DNA of 64,000 nucleotides from Bacilli bacterium (GTDB lineage Bacteria; Bacillota_I; Bacilli_A; RFN20; CAG-826), in NCBI GenBank assembly GCA_024408295.1, contig JAKSVE010000002.1, positions 7,680-71,679 of the forward strand, read 5' to 3'. Below, in pieces: positions 61,126-64,000 of the stretch (positions within the stretch are counted from its first letter, which is position 1; every line of letters begins with the position of its first letter). The notes under the pieces were generated by a model. The model searched no databases. It was not told where the DNA came from and saw nothing but the letters and a program-made list of their open reading frames with translations. The translations under genes and the position numbers were made by a program.

Positions 61126-62030
61126 TGAAGAGACTGCAAATCAATCAGACAGTACTAAGAATCATCGCATTCGTCACTATGGCATGCGACCATCTTGGTG
61201 TGTGTTTATTGATGTTCCCTCCTATGACATGGGAGCATTACGCTCTCGCTAGCGATATTGCTTTAGCGCTTAGATCGATTGGCAGAATCGCGCTTCCTAT
61301 TTTCTTATTCATGACTGCAGAAGGCGTGAGAAAAACCAGCAATAAATGGAGATATTTAGGAAGAATCGCTGCAATATGGGCTCCAATTGCCTTAGTTGAG
61401 TTCGCCGGTTCGTTATATCTTGGAGCGTGGAATTACTTGCCAGCCCAGGCGATGACTGAGATTCTCCTCTACGTCTTATTCGCATGTTTTATCACCGAAA
61501 AGGGATGGAAGAAGATATTTGCCGCTTTACCTGTTGCCTACTGCGTTTTCTCATTCATAGTAGACCTTTTCACAACATCAGGATACTCAACATTCCACAA
61601 GTTCCCAATGTTTCTTCTTAGCGACTATGACATATACGGAATCGTCTTATTCCTCGGATTCATGCTTGTTTATCCGATATACGACTTGCTGGCTAAGAAA
61701 TTCTCGGATGTCCAGCAAATAAGCGTTGAGGAATATAAGAACTCAGAGCAGGGAAGAAAGATGGTCAACAACCTATCAATCATCATTATCGTATTAGTTG
61801 CGGTTATCTTCTGGATATTCGCTAATCTATTTGAAGGCGCTCCATTCGGAGGCACATATATAGCCCAGTATCATATCGAGACGTACTCAGTCATCTCTTG
61901 CATATTCATCTACTTCTACAATGGACAACGTGGACTTAACGGAAAGGTCTGGAAATGGGTTTCCTACCTCTTCTATCCGGTGCATTTCGTTATCCTTCTC
62001 GGAATCTTTGCGTTAATATTTGGAATATAA
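61125..62030 (+). CDS. TraX-family membrane protein
   Basis: LRIIAFVTMACDHLG N-terminal signature typical of the TraX family. 301 aa polytopic. Start overlaps the CPBP stop. Confidence 0.65.
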   Translation: MKRLQINQTVLRIIAFVTMACDHLGVCLLMFPPMTWEHYALASDIALALRSIGRIALPIFLFMTAEGVRKTSNKWRYLGRIAAIWAPIALVEFAGSLYLGAWNYLPAQAMTEILLYVLFACFITEKGWKKIFAALPVAYCVFSFIVDLFTTSGYSTFHKFPMFLLSDYDIYGIVLFLGFMLVYPIYDLLAKKFSDVQQISVEEYKNSEQGRKMVNNLSIIIIVLVAVIFWIFANLFEGAPFGGTYIAQYHIETYSVISCIFIYFYNGQRGLNGKVWKWVSYLFYPVHFVILLGIFALIFGI

Positions 62031-62041
62031 GGAGGAATCCT

Positions 62042-62347
62042 ATGATCAAACATATCTCAGACTATCAAGAATTCAAAAACGAAGTTAGCGAAGGCTTATG
62101 CCTCGTTGATTTCTACACCACATGGTGCGGACCATGCAAGATGCTCTCGCCTATCCTCGAAGGCATCGAAGAAGCCCATCCGGAGCTCAAATTAATCAAG
62201 GTTGACGCTGAAGAGGCCCCAGAACTTTCAGCCGAATTCCGTATCTCAGCAGTTCCTACTCTCATCAAGATCAGAGACGGAAAAGTCGAGGAAATCCGCG
62301 CCGGATACATGCCAGAAGCCATGATTCTACGCTGGTTAGGACTATAA
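62042..62347 (+). CDS. trxA: Thioredoxin
   Basis: WCGPCK active site. AGGAGG RBS 7 nt before ATG 62042. The longer 61955 ORF is rejected as an out-of-context extension. Confidence 0.9.
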   Translation: MIKHISDYQEFKNEVSEGLCLVDFYTTWCGPCKMLSPILEGIEEAHPELKLIKVDAEEAPELSAEFRISAVPTLIKIRDGKVEEIRAGYMPEAMILRWLGL

Positions 62348-62415
62348 AGAGAGTAGCTTTTTATAGAAAATAAATTATTTTCATATACAATTTTCCACGT
62401 TAGCGAGGTTTTCCC

Positions 62416-63249
62416 ATGAAATACGTTCTTTATAATGAACTTTCAAACAACAAGAAAGCAAAGGTCACAGTTGACGAATATGTCAAAGGCCTTACCGAGG
62501 AGTATGAATCATACAACGTCATCGGTTTTGATTACTCAACATTCATCCCAAATCTTAAGAAAGAGGACACAATCGTCTTAATCGGTGGAGACGGCACTCT
62601 CAACCACTTCGTCAATGACGTCGATTGCGATGCTCTCGAGAACGACGTCTACTTCTTAGCTGCCGGAACAGGCAACGACTTCTTAAACGATGTCGGCAAT
62701 GGCGAAAGAATGATTAAGATCAACCAGTACATCAAGAACCTTCCAGTCGTCGAATTAAACGGCAAGTCATATAAGTTCCTCAATGGCGTTGGCTTTGGTA
62801 TCGATGGATGGTGCTGCGAAGAAGGCGATAGACAAAGAGCTAAGAGCGATAAGCCAGTCAACTACACATCCATTGCCATCAACGGACTTCTCTTCAAGTT
62901 CAAGAGAAGAACCGCAACAGTCATCGTCGATGGAGAAAAGTATGTCTTCAAGCGTGCTTGGTTAGCTCCTGCCATGAACGGCAGATTCTATGGAGGCGGC
63001 ATGAACGTTGCCCCAATGCAGGATAGACTTGCAGAGAATAAGGTTCTCACAACCGTCATCTACACAGGAGCCTCAAAGCTTGTCTCCCTCATCAGATTCC
63101 CAAACATCTTCAAGGGACAGCTCCAGAAGTTCAAGACAGTCCACACCTACCAGGGAAAGGAAATCGAGGTCATATTTGATAAGCCATGCGCTGCTCAGAT
63201 CGACGGAGAGACAATTCTCAACGTCACCTCATATAAGGCCCACATCTAA
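62416..63249 (+). CDS. Diacylglycerol-kinase-catalytic-domain lipid kinase (YegS/DagK-like)
   Basis: GGDGT motif (VLIGGDGTLNHFVN). 277 aa. Confidence 0.8.
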   Translation: MKYVLYNELSNNKKAKVTVDEYVKGLTEEYESYNVIGFDYSTFIPNLKKEDTIVLIGGDGTLNHFVNDVDCDALENDVYFLAAGTGNDFLNDVGNGERMIKINQYIKNLPVVELNGKSYKFLNGVGFGIDGWCCEEGDRQRAKSDKPVNYTSIAINGLLFKFKRRTATVIVDGEKYVFKRAWLAPAMNGRFYGGGMNVAPMQDRLAENKVLTTVIYTGASKLVSLIRFPNIFKGQLQKFKTVHTYQGKEIEVIFDKPCAAQIDGETILNVTSYKAHI

Positions 63250-63251
63250 TT

Positions 63252-64000
63252 ATGTTATTCTTTATACCAATCATCGCATTTTCGATATTAGGCGGATGGG
63301 CAATCGCATTTTTTGCCTTTGACCACACCAACATCGGATTGTGCATCGGATTAAGCGCTGCATTTGCAGTAGCCATCTTCTTGCTTGTCGCATTAGGTTT
63401 CGTCCTCATGATTCATTTCATGGGTGTCGGCGCAAAGGAAGGCGGAAAGCCATGCTATTCAAACAGAATGAGAAAGAAACTCTCATTCCTCATGGACTGC
63501 GCTATCCAGATCTTCAATGTCAGAATCCACAAGGAAGGATTCGAAGATCTCCCAACAGATGAGCCATTCTTGGTCATCGCAAACCACCGCTCAAACATCG
63601 ACCCAGTCGTCCTTGAAAGACTTCTTAGAAAATTCAAACTTGCTTTTATCGCTAAGGATTCTCTCTTCAGAGCCCCATTAATCGGCAAGGTCCTCACAAA
63701 AACGGGATTCTTAAAGCTTGATAGAGCAGACTTAGGTTCTGGATTCGAAATCGTTAAGTATGCTCAGAGCTACTTAGATATCGGAATCTCAATCGGAGTC
63801 TTCCCAGAAGGCACCAGGGGTCCGAGCGATACAGAGATGCTCCCATTCAAATCAGGTTGCTTCCTTATCGCAACAAAGATGAGAAAGCCAATCGTTGTCA
63901 CGACATTGAAAGGCACACACGATATCAACAAGTGGAGATTCATCAAGAACCACCACATCAAGGCTAAGGTTTTGAAAATCTATCGCTACGAAGATTATAA
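63252..64000 (+). CDS. plsC: 1-acyl-sn-glycerol-3-phosphate acyltransferase (PlsC family), 3'-partial
   Basis: Own translation of frame 0 from ATG 63252: N-terminal TM helix, then HX4D motif (ANHRSNIDP) and FPEGTR motif. Open to the window end. Absent from the ORF track because no stop falls in the window. Confidence 0.8.
   Translation, partial: MLFFIPIIAFSILGGWAIAFFAFDHTNIGLCIGLSAAFAVAIFLLVALGFVLMIHFMGVGAKEGGKPCYSNRMRKKLSFLMDCAIQIFNVRIHKEGFEDLPTDEPFLVIANHRSNIDPVVLERLLRKFKLAFIAKDSLFRAPLIGKVLTKTGFLKLDRADLGSGFEIVKYAQSYLDIGISIGVFPEGTRGPSDTEMLPFKSGCFLIATKMRKPIVVTTLKGTHDINKWRFIKNHHIKAKVLKIYRYEDY

Noticed and set aside
61955-62041. N-terminal 29-codon extension of trxA ORF
   Set aside because: It overlaps the TraX-like gene end and has no RBS. 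AGGAGG precedes ATG 62042.
63008-63697. ORFs 63008..63322, 63224..63409, 63341..63562, 63455..63697
   Set aside because: All are alternative frames of two real genes: the DAGK-like gene (to 63249) and a plsC frame from 63252 that contains HX4D and FPEGTR motifs.

Overview
This 64 kb window reads as a core chromosomal segment of a low-GC Gram-positive bacterium (Firmicutes; Bacilli/Erysipelotrichia-like, judged from ECF transporter, glgCDA, short AddB/RexB and RqcH). It is densely coding, with about 74 CDS, mostly housekeeping. Major blocks: the complete F1F0 ATP synthase operon (atpI-like, atpBEFHAGDC) with an ATP-grasp gene translationally coupled to atpC; a glycogen operon glgC-glgD-glgA; leuS; a priA-rsmB-rlmN-stp(PP2C)-stk-rpe cluster; gmk; rqcH; ppa; addB-addA; glpK; pepP; trxA; and the start of plsC. 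A small xylan/arabinan locus is present (AraC regulator, GH43, SGNH esterase lipoprotein, aldo-keto reductase). Peptidases (M18, M20 PepV, M24 PepP), coaX with an adjacent ECF S-component, a GGDEF membrane protein and a LacI-family regulator are also present. I found no rRNA, tRNA, CRISPR array, IS element or prophage signature. Items that are not ordinary: (1) a periodic TGCG(T/A)T motif array in the 266-bp AraC/NfeD divergent intergenic region; (2) an uncharacterised NfeD-like / YbjN-like / DEDDh-exonuclease operon converging tail-to-tail on an XRE-HTH membrane regulator; (3) an ATP-grasp enzyme fused by a TAATG overlap to the 3' end of the atp operon; (4) a 384-aa all-helical unknown protein co-transcribed after a short AddB/AddA; (5) a reduced priA...rpe cluster lacking def/fmt/rsgA, with a PASTA-less 292-aa kinase; (6) several palindromic candidate operators in divergent promoter regions. 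I see no clear novel defence or mobile system. The candidate modules are flagged with modest interest.
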